Part shown: positions 42,859 to 51,015 of the stretch, piece after piece
How positions within the stretch are numbered: position 1 is the stretch's first letter
Layout of the letters: every line of letters begins with the position of its first letter
Source of the DNA: Peptococcaceae bacterium
GTDB lineage: Bacteria; Bacillota; Desulfitobacteriia; Desulfitobacteriales; Syntrophobotulaceae
DNA length: 64,000 nucleotides
NCBI GenBank assembly: GCA_009778595.1
Contig: WRJI01000003.1
Location: 6,308-70,307, forward strand
Reading direction: 5' to 3'
The notes under the pieces: model-generated
What the model saw: only the letters and a program-made list of their open reading frames with translations
Databases searched by the model: none
What the model was told of the DNA's origin: nothing
Translations under genes and position numbers: made by a program

Positions 42859-45105
42859 ATGGACAAACTCATCATTCCGATCGGCGGCATGTCCTGCGCG
42901 GCTTGCGCTGGTGGTATCGAAGCCCGCATCAAAAAATTAGCGGGCGTGGCAAGCGTTACCGTCAATTTCGCTGCGGAAAAAGCTGTGGTCACCTATGATC
43001 CCCAACGGATCCGACTGTCAGATATCCGAAAAACAATTGAAGATGCCGGTTACAAAGTTTTGATGGATCATATCGATGAACAATCGGAGAAAATCATCAG
43101 AACCCTATGGATAAAGTTCATTATCGCGGCGGTCTTCGCGTTGCCCTTGCTTTTTGTCGCCATGGCCCCCATGATCGGAGGTTGGTTTCCGGGAGCAGAG
43201 CTCCTTCACACCTTGATGACGAACCAGCCTCTGGGATACGCGTTGTTGGAACTGCTGCTGGTTCTCCCTATTATCGGAATGGGTTACAGATTTTTTACAA
43301 TCGGGTTCGGCGCATTGATCAGACGGAGCCCCAACATGGATTCTCTCATAGCGTTGGGGAGTACAGCCGCTCTTTTGTTTAGCCTGTACAACATAGGACT
43401 CATATTTCGAGGCCATACAGAGGCTGTTGAATCCCTCTATTTCGAAACCGCGGGCATGATCATGACCCTCATCATGCTGGGAAAAGCCTTGGAAGCTGTT
43501 ACGAAAGGACGTACAGGGGAAGCCATCAAAAAACTCATGAAACTGGCACCCACAACCGCGATTCTTTGGCAAGACGACCAAGAACGGGAAATACCCGTTG
43601 ACCAGGTCAACCCCGGAGACGTGATCATCGTCAAACCCGGCGGCAAAATCCCTGTCGACGGTATTCTGCTAACGGGATACCCGGCCATCAATGAATCCAT
43701 GCTTACCGGCGAAAGTATGCCCACAAGCAAACAGCCGGGGGATCCGGTGTACACCGCTACCCTGAACACCACCGGCACGTTTCAGTTTCAGGCGGAGAAA
43801 ACCGGTGCGGACACAGTCCTGGCCCAAATCGTGAGGCTTGTCGAAGATGCCCAAAGCAGCAAAGCCCCTATAGCTCGGTTGGCTGATATCATCTCGGGCT
43901 ACTTCGTTCCCGTGGTCTGTGGAATCGCTATTTTGGCCGGAATGGCTTGGTTCGTCGCGACAAGGGACGTCACTTTCGCGTTGACAGTATTCATCTCCGT
44001 CTTGGTCATCGCCTGTCCCTGCGCCCTGGGTCTTGCCACCCCTGCCGCCATCATGGCGGGAACCGGTCAAGGGGCCCAAAAGGGTATCCTGTTCAAAAAC
44101 GGAGAAGTCCTGGAAACAGCTCACAAAATCAACACGGTCATATTCGATAAAACGGGGACCCTCACCGTAGGCTGTCCTGTTGTAACCGATATCATGTCCT
44201 TTGCGGAGAACGGTGTCTCGAATAACGAGTCACGAATCGCGGATATCGTGTGTTTTGCCGCCTCTGCCGAGGTTGGATCCGAACATCCGCTGGGACAGGC
44301 GATTGTTGCCGAAGCCCGAAAGAGAGACTTGGTGTTAGCCAAGGCCGACAACTTTCAAACCTTAACCGGTCGCGGCATTGAAGCCGTAGTTGAAGGCCAA
44401 ACCGTTCTTATCGGCAGCAGGGAACTTATGGAAAAGAGCGGGATTTCCCTTGGTGAGAGACAAAACCAAGCCGATATCCTAGCCACCGCAGGGAAAACGC
44501 CAATGTTTGTAGCCGTCGACGGTAACCTGGCGGGGCTTATCGCGGTGGCGGATGTGGTGAAAAGCACAGCCGGAAACGCGGTGACGCTGCTCAAAACCAT
44601 GGGAATCGAGACCGCCATGATTACAGGCGACAACGCCAAGACGGCGGCAGCCATCGCCGAACAGGTGGGAATTGACCGGGTTCTGTCAGAGGTTCTTCCA
44701 AAGGACAAAGCCGGTGAGATCAAAAACCTGCAGGAAAACGGACGACGCACCGCTATGGTGGGCGACGGGATTAACGACGCTCCCGCTTTGGTGCAAGCCG
44801 ATATCGGAATGGCCATAGGTTCCGGCACAGATGTGGCCATAGAAAGTGCCGGCATCGTGTTGATGCGCGGAGACCCGATGGATGTCCCCGCAGCGATCAA
44901 TCTGAGCAAAAAAACCATGCGCGTTATTAAGCAGAACTTATTTTGGGCTTTCGGATACAATGTGGTGGGAATCCCTATTGCGGCCGGTTTGCTGTATCTG
45001 TTTGGAGGTCCCCTGCTCAACCCGATTATCGCGGCTGCGGCGATGAGTTTGAGTTCAGTGTCTGTATTGACAAACGCTTTGATTCAGCTGACCATAAATA
45101 AGTGA
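42859..45105 (+). CDS. copA: Copper-translocating P1B-type ATPase
   Basis: One HMA domain GMSCAACAGG, plus CPCALGLATP, DKTGTLT and GDGINDAP. Start trimmed from 42820 to 42859. Confidence 0.9.
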   Translation: MDKLIIPIGGMSCAACAGGIEARIKKLAGVASVTVNFAAEKAVVTYDPQRIRLSDIRKTIEDAGYKVLMDHIDEQSEKIIRTLWIKFIIAAVFALPLLFVAMAPMIGGWFPGAELLHTLMTNQPLGYALLELLLVLPIIGMGYRFFTIGFGALIRRSPNMDSLIALGSTAALLFSLYNIGLIFRGHTEAVESLYFETAGMIMTLIMLGKALEAVTKGRTGEAIKKLMKLAPTTAILWQDDQEREIPVDQVNPGDVIIVKPGGKIPVDGILLTGYPAINESMLTGESMPTSKQPGDPVYTATLNTTGTFQFQAEKTGADTVLAQIVRLVEDAQSSKAPIARLADIISGYFVPVVCGIAILAGMAWFVATRDVTFALTVFISVLVIACPCALGLATPAAIMAGTGQGAQKGILFKNGEVLETAHKINTVIFDKTGTLTVGCPVVTDIMSFAENGVSNNESRIADIVCFAASAEVGSEHPLGQAIVAEARKRDLVLAKADNFQTLTGRGIEAVVEGQTVLIGSRELMEKSGISLGERQNQADILATAGKTPMFVAVDGNLAGLIAVADVVKSTAGNAVTLLKTMGIETAMITGDNAKTAAAIAEQVGIDRVLSEVLPKDKAGEIKNLQENGRRTAMVGDGINDAPALVQADIGMAIGSGTDVAIESAGIVLMRGDPMDVPAAINLSKKTMRVIKQNLFWAFGYNVVGIPIAAGLLYLFGGPLLNPIIAAAAMSLSSVSVLTNALIQLTINK

Positions 45106-45212
45106 TTGTCTGTTACAAGTGATTGTTGGAAAGGATAAAAACCCCATACATAATTCAAGGAGCACGGAAAAAGATATATCTGATATCAATTAATTATTAA
45201 GGAGCTTTTGCT

Positions 45213-45776
45213 ATGGCAACAAGAAGAAAAAATCTGTTTATCGTCTTTGGTGTGTTGGCGTTATTCTTGTTATCAGCGATCGTATACGCGGCGATAGCCG
45301 GTCTGTTGGTCTTCAACGGTATGGCTTTGCTGAATCCGGGACTTCGGGTAGACTTTGTTGACGAAAGCCTGGAAGGCGGGCCACTCACCGTTGATATGGA
45401 AGTCGTTGAAGCTATCGAAGTCACGGACAGTGGTCAAACCTTGAAATTCACTGTCTATCTGAGTGCTCCGGGACAATCTCGTGATGTTTTCTTTAAGGTT
45501 AAAAACGTCGGGGCTCTGAGCGCGGAACTTGACACGATCATCCCGGGTTACCCAGGGGAGCTTCCGGCGGGTGTTCTTGTAGACTGGCCGGAGGACATTG
45601 ACGGACTCATTCTCGAGCCTGGTGAGACATCAGATGAGTATACCATCACTGTTTCATGGGATGACGATTATGATTTCGCTGAACTTGAAGATGATTTGGG
45701 ACCTCTTGGTGATGAAGACTTCTATGAGGTCTCTTTCAGCGCAACCCTCAACTACGTTCAGCATATCGAGCCATAA
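45213..45776 (+). CDS. Mini TasA/camelysin-like exported protein, paralogue 1
   Basis: N-terminal hydrophobic anchor/signal ...IVYAAIAG. LSAPGQSRDVFFKVKNVGAL and C-terminal VSFSATLNYVQHIEP parallel the TasA blocks (L.PGD....F.F.N.G ; F.F.A.Q). Confidence 0.55.
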   Translation: MATRRKNLFIVFGVLALFLLSAIVYAAIAGLLVFNGMALLNPGLRVDFVDESLEGGPLTVDMEVVEAIEVTDSGQTLKFTVYLSAPGQSRDVFFKVKNVGALSAELDTIIPGYPGELPAGVLVDWPEDIDGLILEPGETSDEYTITVSWDDDYDFAELEDDLGPLGDEDFYEVSFSATLNYVQHIEP

Positions 45777-45785
45777 CCCCACCTC

Positions 45786-46280
45786 ATGAAACCCCATGGC
45801 TATCTCATAACAGCCGGTATACTGTTAACGCTGAGCTTATCATCAACAGCTTATGCATACTACACGAAATCTTTGAAACTCACAGGTTCAGTGGTGCTCA
45901 CACCGCCACTGAACCTGGAGCTCACGGAAGCGGCCATTCAGATTATGAGACCGGGAGAAAGCATGACCCTAGATCCCAACAAGAAGTCTCTTCGTTTCTA
46001 TGTCTCGTTGGTCGATCCGGGGGATCAAAGGATTGTCAATTTCAAAGTCAAAAATACCGGCAGCAACCCGGTTCTGCTGCAGAATATGCTGCCCCAGAAC
46101 CCTGACCCCGCAACCGGCGTTTCTGTGCAATGGCCGGCTATGAACAATATTGTTATGGCTCCGAATTCTGTGTCAGAGGAATTCACGATCTTGATCCTGT
46201 GGGAACCCAGTGCTATCGGGGTTCCGGAAGGAACCGTTATTTTTGCGGCCACTTTGCAATACGCGCAATATATACCCTAG
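45786..46280 (+). CDS. Mini TasA/camelysin-like exported protein, paralogue 2 (SipW-type signal)
   Basis: Signal ...LSLSSTAYAYYT. LVDPGDQRIVNFKVKNTGSN, VQWP and AATLQYAQYIP are clearly paralogous to the preceding ORF. Confidence 0.55.
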   Translation: MKPHGYLITAGILLTLSLSSTAYAYYTKSLKLTGSVVLTPPLNLELTEAAIQIMRPGESMTLDPNKKSLRFYVSLVDPGDQRIVNFKVKNTGSNPVLLQNMLPQNPDPATGVSVQWPAMNNIVMAPNSVSEEFTILILWEPSAIGVPEGTVIFAATLQYAQYIP

Positions 46281-46292
46281 CTAGGATAAGCC

Positions 46293-46862
46293 ATGGTGCA
46301 ATTGTTCAGGAGGATATTTCTAATTCTTAATTCGCTGATTCTGCTCTCCCTGGGTGTGGCTTATGCTGCTCAGGCCAACAACCTTGGTGTATTGGGAACT
46401 GCCCATGTCAGCGGGTATGACCTGGATTCCGAAATCCTGCCGGTATTTCCGGTTCCTTGGGATAGCGGCAGCTACTTCTATTCTTCGAATCTGCCGGCTG
46501 CGTTAACCCAGGGACAAGAGGACTGGATCGGCGATACGTTCTTTTTGAACATCGCGAAACCGCCCAGCGTTGCCAATAACGGGATGAACAACTTTACCAT
46601 GGAATTCAGATTCAGCAACGCGACGGCCCATATATGGACAGTCGGTCAAGCCGAGGCGACGATTGTATCGGGTGTCTACAGCTCTGTCGCAGCCACATTA
46701 AGCGCGACGACGGTGAATCCGGGTCAAAGTGTAACGGTTACCTTCACTTTCAGAACGAAAATAGATATTACAACCGAAGATGAAGCCAGGATCAAGGTAT
46801 CCTATTTGGTGGCGGGTATTCGGCGGTATATTATTATTAATGTGATGTTAAGGCCTATCTGA
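46293..46862 (+). CDS. Exported protein, third putative SipW substrate
   Basis: Signal ...LLSLGVAYAAQANN. It has a beta-rich body with VNPGQSVTVTFTF. Its stop overlaps the peptidase start (TGATG). Confidence 0.5.
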   Translation: MVQLFRRIFLILNSLILLSLGVAYAAQANNLGVLGTAHVSGYDLDSEILPVFPVPWDSGSYFYSSNLPAALTQGQEDWIGDTFFLNIAKPPSVANNGMNNFTMEFRFSNATAHIWTVGQAEATIVSGVYSSVAATLSATTVNPGQSVTVTFTFRTKIDITTEDEARIKVSYLVAGIRRYIIINVMLRPI

Positions 46863-48061
46863 TGGGTAAAAAAACCACAGTTTATCTGTTGTTGGCTATA
46901 TTGGCGACAACACAATTGCTTCTTCTCGTGTGTCCCGGGCATCTAATGGGATCCTATTTCGAGGGATTCCGTCCCCTCGTCTACGGTTTGTTGCTGATCT
47001 TCTTCCATATCCTGGGACGCAAAGACAAACGCACCTATAGCCTCAAAACGGATTATTTGGTTGTTGCCGGTCTGGGGGCTCTTCTTTTTTTGATCCTGAT
47101 GTTTACGAGCGGTCTTATTCTGGGATTCGCCAAGAACCCTATGGAAATCGGGACCTTTAAGGCCCTTGTCAGCAATTCGTACAGTTACATGGGTGTTGCT
47201 TTGATTCGGGAATACCTTCGCGGCAGGATCATGACTTTGGTTATCGGCAAGAAGAGGTATGTGATTGGGGCGTTCATGGCCGCGTCAATAGTTTTCACCT
47301 TAAGCTCAGTCGACAATATCAAAAGTGTTGTGGACTACGGAGCCGCCGCAATGCTCGATTATATTTTTACCATTTTGTTGCCTTTGCTTGTTCTCAATAC
47401 GTTTTTCTGTTATACAGCCCGGAAGGGTGGTATGATCGGAAATATGATTTATGTAAGCGTCTATTGGGCTATCTATTTGTATTCCCCCATTATGCCGGAT
47501 ATCATGAAGATTATGGAGGCCATCTATATACACGCTATCGTCTTGATCATGTTCATCCTCTACAGCAAACAGGAATGGAGACAATATCAAATAGAAACGA
47601 AACAATCCACGAAAACAAAACGAGATTGGCTCTGGATGACACCCACCGGGATCGTATTGACCTTAACCCTCTTGTTTGGGCTTGGCGTGTTTCCCTATAT
47701 TCCGGTAGGGGTCGCGTCCAACAGCATGAAAGACGAATTCTCCAGAGGAGATATGCTTATCATTGAAAAAGTGACGGAGAAATCGATAAAAACAATTGAG
47801 GCAGGAGATATTATTCAATACCGTTACGGCAAAATCTCTGTGGTTCACCGGGTTGTTGAAGTGCGAACCACACCCTCCGGGGGCAAAGAATATGTTACGA
47901 AAGGAGACAATAATCCTGTGGAAGACATCTTTCCGGTTAAACCTAATCAGATCGTCGGGTTTGCCCGATGGCACGTTCCCTATCTCGGATTCCCTGCGAT
48001 GCTGGTCGCCTCTTTAACGCCGACAGGTGAAACCGGAGACATTCAGTTGGGAGAGCGTTGA
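46862..48061 (+). CDS. Signal peptidase I of the SipW/archaeal-ER type, fused to an extra N-terminal ~8-TM membrane module
   Basis: The C-terminal 130 aa carry the S26 type-W pattern: VASNSMKDEFSRGDMLIIE, VHRVVEV, TKGDNNPVED. Residues 1-250 form about eight hydrophobic helices with no motif I recognise. Confidence 0.65.
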   Translation: MGKKTTVYLLLAILATTQLLLLVCPGHLMGSYFEGFRPLVYGLLLIFFHILGRKDKRTYSLKTDYLVVAGLGALLFLILMFTSGLILGFAKNPMEIGTFKALVSNSYSYMGVALIREYLRGRIMTLVIGKKRYVIGAFMAASIVFTLSSVDNIKSVVDYGAAAMLDYIFTILLPLLVLNTFFCYTARKGGMIGNMIYVSVYWAIYLYSPIMPDIMKIMEAIYIHAIVLIMFILYSKQEWRQYQIETKQSTKTKRDWLWMTPTGIVLTLTLLFGLGVFPYIPVGVASNSMKDEFSRGDMLIIEKVTEKSIKTIEAGDIIQYRYGKISVVHRVVEVRTTPSGGKEYVTKGDNNPVEDIFPVKPNQIVGFARWHVPYLGFPAMLVASLTPTGETGDIQLGER

Positions 48062-48097
48062 CCAGTTGCCGGTACCGTTTGTTGGGCATCCAGGGGG

Positions 48098-49135
48098 GTG
48101 GTGGAGGTGAACCTTAAAGAAATATATGGGAGACACAAAGTGGCGGTTCTCACAGTTTTCTGTGTGTTCTTTTTGGTCGCATCCGGAATGGCCGGCGGAT
48201 ACTTGGGATACAGGCTCCTTAAGTCCCGTCAGGTGGCGAGCATCTCGAATGTTATCCAAAAAGAGGATCTTGAGTACCGTGTGTTTATTCGGGAGAATCC
48301 ATATATTGAAAGACCTTATCTGGGTATGGGAGAGAATTACTTATATTCTTACACAGACTATGTCCAGCTGCGGGGCCATTATTCTTTGACTGCCACCGAA
48401 GCTTTAGCCGCCAGTTGTGAGTACCAAGCCAGCGCAACCCTGATATCTCGTTATAATAAAGCCGCGGGAGGATCCGGTAACCCCGAAGTCATGCATAAGA
48501 CTTACATTCTTGACCAGTCGACGGAGGTCATTAACGCGGACAGTATCAGAATCGACCGAACATATGATATCTTCCTGGAACCTTACAAAAGAGAGCTGGA
48601 GGAATTCGCATTAACCGTTAACGCCAATTTGATCGGTGAGGTTCGGATTGATATCCGAGTCACCCTGAAAAGCCCGGAGAATGAGGATGATACCATAAAC
48701 AGAGGGATTGTCATCCCTCTGAGTTCCGAAGTCTATTCCATTGAGACCATTGGGGAAACGGAGAGAACCCAGGAGCATCGAGTGCTGGAGAAGGCCCTTT
48801 CGATATGGGCGATTCTCGCGTTGTCGCTGGTGGTGCTTGCCGGCGTCGCCGGGGTTCTGATCTGCCTGAAAAATCTTTTGGATAACCGCTCAGCTTATCA
48901 TCGTGAAGTGGGCGGATATCTGAGATCTTATGATGAAATCATTGTGAACACCACAACCCCCATTGATTTCAAAGCCTATCGAATTGTATTGGCTGAAAGC
49001 TTCAAAGAGTTGCTGAACATGTCGAATAAAGCAAACAGCCCGATATTGTATTGGGAGAACCCTCAGGGGGCTCATTTCTATATTGTGAATGATGAATCTT
49101 TACTGGTTTTGTATACGGTGAAAAAAGCGCCTTAG
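48098..49135 (+). CDS. Bitopic membrane protein (TM, ~210-aa outside domain, TM, ~80-aa cytoplasmic tail), DUF5305-like
   Basis: TM1 is VAVLTVFCVFFLVASGMAGGYLGY and TM2 is IWAILALSLVVLAGVAGVLICL. From memory, this architecture recalls DUF5305 proteins found beside SipW-type peptidases. The start is ambiguous (GTG 48098 or 48107). Confidence 0.5.
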   Translation: MVEVNLKEIYGRHKVAVLTVFCVFFLVASGMAGGYLGYRLLKSRQVASISNVIQKEDLEYRVFIRENPYIERPYLGMGENYLYSYTDYVQLRGHYSLTATEALAASCEYQASATLISRYNKAAGGSGNPEVMHKTYILDQSTEVINADSIRIDRTYDIFLEPYKRELEEFALTVNANLIGEVRIDIRVTLKSPENEDDTINRGIVIPLSSEVYSIETIGETERTQEHRVLEKALSIWAILALSLVVLAGVAGVLICLKNLLDNRSAYHREVGGYLRSYDEIIVNTTTPIDFKAYRIVLAESFKELLNMSNKANSPILYWENPQGAHFYIVNDESLLVLYTVKKAP

Positions 49136-49165
49136 TCCTCCGCGTTAGTCACTTAGTACCTTGCA

Positions 49166-49249
49166 GACGCGAAGCGTCAATAAAAAACAAGAAAATCCAC
49201 ATTCTGAATACTGAATCCTGAATCCTGAATACTTGCGGGCGTAGCCCGC
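49166..49249 (-). repeat. Intergenic repeat element, copy a (full length)
   Basis: GACGC-GAA-GCGTC hairpin, then TCAATAAAAAACAAGAAAATCCACATT. Next come four tandem heptamers CTGAATA/CTGAATC (49204-49231), then the hairpin GCGGGC-GTA-GCCCGC. Confidence 0.8.
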
Positions 49250-49250
49250 A

Positions 49251-49496
49251 TTAGCGTATAGAGCCTAACACGGAAATGAGGATACTTATTAGGACAAAGA
49301 GAAGTATCGGAGAGAAGTCCATCATACCGACGCGAGCAAACCGAAACGGTTTCAACAGAGGATCCGTTACAGAAAACAAGAAGCGAAAAAGGGGCTGGTT
49401 AGGATTGTGCGGTATCCAAGTAATGATGACGCGCACAAGGACAACGTACATAAGAATACGCAAAAAGATAATGCATATGTCAATCAAAACGGTCAT
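49251..49496 (-). CDS. yggT: YggT/YlmG-family membrane protein
   Basis: Trimmed to MTVLIDICIIFLRILMYVVLVRVIITWIP...PLLKPFR at ATG 49496. Confidence 0.8.
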   Translation of the reverse strand: MTVLIDICIIFLRILMYVVLVRVIITWIPHNPNQPLFRFLFSVTDPLLKPFRFARVGMMDFSPILLFVLISILISVLGSIR

Positions 49497-49588
49497 AGTA
49501 AACGCATATCTCCTTTTATAACTACGCGTTATGGAAATGCGCCGATTGGCGTACAAATACTTACAGGCGTATTTTACCGTAGGAAAAC

Positions 49589-50125
49589 CTACTTGTTCAA
49601 CCCCGGCCAAATCAATCCGTTCTCCGACATACGGAAACTGAGGTCGCCGCTGATATCAACGTTATTTGGGACAAAGAGAAAAATCGCTTTACCGACTTTT
49701 TGCATGTTGCCGTTCAGGGCATAAGCGGTGCCGCTGACAAAGTCGATAATGCGTTGCGCCAGGATACTATCGGTTTTTTCCAGATTCAGAACTACCGTGC
49801 GATGCGATTTCAAGTGTTCGGCGATATTTTGCGATTCGTCGAAAGACTTGGGTTCGATGACCACAACCCGAACCTGTTTCTGGGTATGAATGCTGACCAC
49901 CGGAGATGAGACCTTGCGGGATAAGGGGCTCGTTAAACTTGAGATATCAGAAAGTTGTGCCCCTTTGGGAGTGGCTGCGTTCCTGGTGTTTTTGCCGGAA
50001 GCCCGGCTCGGAAGATCCGGTTCCTCTTGCTCATCCGATACCATGTCACCCATCATTTCATCATCGTCTTCATCGAATTCTTCGCCGCCCATCATGCCAA
50101 TAATCTTGTCAAATAAGCCCATCAT
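49589..50125 (-). CDS. sepF: Cell division protein SepF
   Basis: Acidic N-terminus, then VVVIEPKSFDESQNIAEHLKSHRTVVLNL...RIIDFVSGTAYAL. Confidence 0.9.
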   Translation of the reverse strand: MMGLFDKIIGMMGGEEFDEDDDEMMGDMVSDEQEEPDLPSRASGKNTRNAATPKGAQLSDISSLTSPLSRKVSSPVVSIHTQKQVRVVVIEPKSFDESQNIAEHLKSHRTVVLNLEKTDSILAQRIIDFVSGTAYALNGNMQKVGKAIFLFVPNNVDISGDLSFRMSENGLIWPGLNK

Positions 50126-50140
50126 TTCATCTCCTTTTCT

Positions 50141-50179
50141 CTTACTACTGAATACTGGATACTTGCGGGCAGAGCCCGC
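50141..50179 (-). repeat. Intergenic repeat element, copy b (partial: heptamers plus hairpin)
   Basis: CTTACTA CTGAATA CTGGATA CTT GCGGGC-AGA-GCCCGC. The hairpin abuts the yggS stop (CGCTAA), exactly as copy a abuts the yggT stop. Confidence 0.7.
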
Positions 50180-50180
50180 G

Positions 50181-50879
50181 TTAGCGGAAAATACCGGAAC
50201 CGATACGTACGATTGTGGCGCCTTCGGCTAAAGCGATTTCATAATCGTCGCTCATGCCCATGGACAATTCTGTAAACTGTTCTTTGGCGGCGACACCCAA
50301 GGCAACCATAGAATCACGGAGCTCACGCAACGCAGCAAAAACAGTCCGGGTCTCGTCAACAGAGGCGTTGAGTCTGCCGATGGTCATCAGACCACATAAG
50401 CTGACGAAGGGATACTTCTGAGACTTGTCCAGAAACCAAGGCACTTCCTGCGAACTCACCCCCGCTTTGGCGTCGTCTCCGGCAACATTGACCTGCAACA
50501 GAGTCCGCCAACGGTGATTTCTTTTTTCGCCTTCCGTATTCAGCGCCTCCAGAAGAGATAGCCTGTCCAACGAGTGAATGAGAACGATACTCTCGTCAAG
50601 GTATTTGATTTTGTTCTTTTGCATGCGACCGATAAAATGCCATCGGCATTGCACGGGCAACTGATCCTTCTTGGCCAACCATTCCTGGACGCGATTCTCC
50701 GCGAAATCCATCTGACCACATCGGAAGGCTTCCGATATTTGGATAGGATCAATTGTCTTGCTCACGGCAACAAGCGTGGGTCCGGGCTGTTGTCCTTGGT
50801 CCATCCTGCGTCTGACTTCAATCAGGTTTTGTTCGATTGACACAGTGATTTCACCCCATATCCAAGTGTCAAGGGTCAT
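50181..50879 (-). CDS. yggS: PLP-binding homeostasis protein YggS/YlmE
   Basis: LVAVSKT (PLP lysine), GRMQKNK, SMGMSDDYEIALAEGATIVRIGSGIF. Confidence 0.9.
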   Translation of the reverse strand: MTLDTWIWGEITVSIEQNLIEVRRRMDQGQQPGPTLVAVSKTIDPIQISEAFRCGQMDFAENRVQEWLAKKDQLPVQCRWHFIGRMQKNKIKYLDESIVLIHSLDRLSLLEALNTEGEKRNHRWRTLLQVNVAGDDAKAGVSSQEVPWFLDKSQKYPFVSLCGLMTIGRLNASVDETRTVFAALRELRDSMVALGVAAKEQFTELSMGMSDDYEIALAEGATIVRIGSGIFR

Positions 50880-51015
50880 GTTTCAAGGGCGGCATGCCCA
50901 AAATCTTCCGCATTTTTAATGATAACTTTTTTTTGTGGCAAGTGTCAAGCTTTAATAACTATAAATCATTTATCTTACAAATATACTTATCGAGATGGTA
51001 ATAAATTCAATTTTA

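Noticed and set aside
49204-49231. The heptamer arrays as a CRISPR array or a coding microsatellite.
   Set aside because: The units are 7 nt, directly tandem and without spacers. They are intergenic, and no cas genes lie in the window.
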